From Callorhinchus milii (Eukaryota), in assembly GCF_018977255.1 (NCBI RefSeq), contig NW_024704742.1, positions 24,120,001-24,184,000 of the forward strand: a stretch of 64,000 bases of DNA, given 5' to 3'. Positions 63,936 through 64,000 of the stretch are shown one piece after another. Numbering within the stretch: position 1 is the stretch's first letter; each line of letters begins with the position of its first letter. The translations under genes and the position numbers were made by a program. The notes under the pieces are model-generated. The model had not been told where the DNA came from. It did not search any database and saw only the letters and a program-made list of their open reading frames with translations.

Positions 63936-64000
63936 TATACAGTAATATCATCATTTTATCTGCCCATACTGCTTTTTTGACCAGCACCATGATAACAACT

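Noticed and set aside
1..64000. CRISPR arrays, operons or other prokaryotic systems
   Set aside because: The sequence is spliced, TE-rich vertebrate DNA. No regularly spaced repeat-spacer array was seen.

Overview
Vertebrate genomic DNA, most likely from a cartilaginous fish (inferred from the abundant CR1 and L2 LINEs, tRNA-SINEs and Deu-SINEs, and a Penelope-type palindrome). The window is repeat-rich and mostly non-coding. One protein-coding gene can be assembled by hand on the minus strand: TMEM154. It has 6 phase-compatible coding exons between 60920 and 38477 (about 263 aa): signal peptide, long Ser/Thr mucin-like stalk, TM helix and the diagnostic cytoplasmic motif PIFEED.SVMEVEMDELEKWM. 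A CpG island at about 17.1-18.3 kb carries minus-strand non-coding exons leading into a long intron (1-17130). By synteny with TMEM154 this is probably the FBXW7 promoter and 5'UTR, but no FBXW7 coding exon is in the window. The rest is TE debris: a nested CR1/SINE/L2 cluster at 50-54.6 kb, a CCHC-knuckle LINE whose 3'UTR is a dispersed repeat, and Gypsy and L1-like relics, plus several local duplications of splice-site-like sequence and an 82-bp near-perfect hairpin. I found no evidence of a new multi-gene system. The findings are gene-structure, regulatory and TE-biology leads. Repeat boundaries are approximate and family names come from recall, not from searches.
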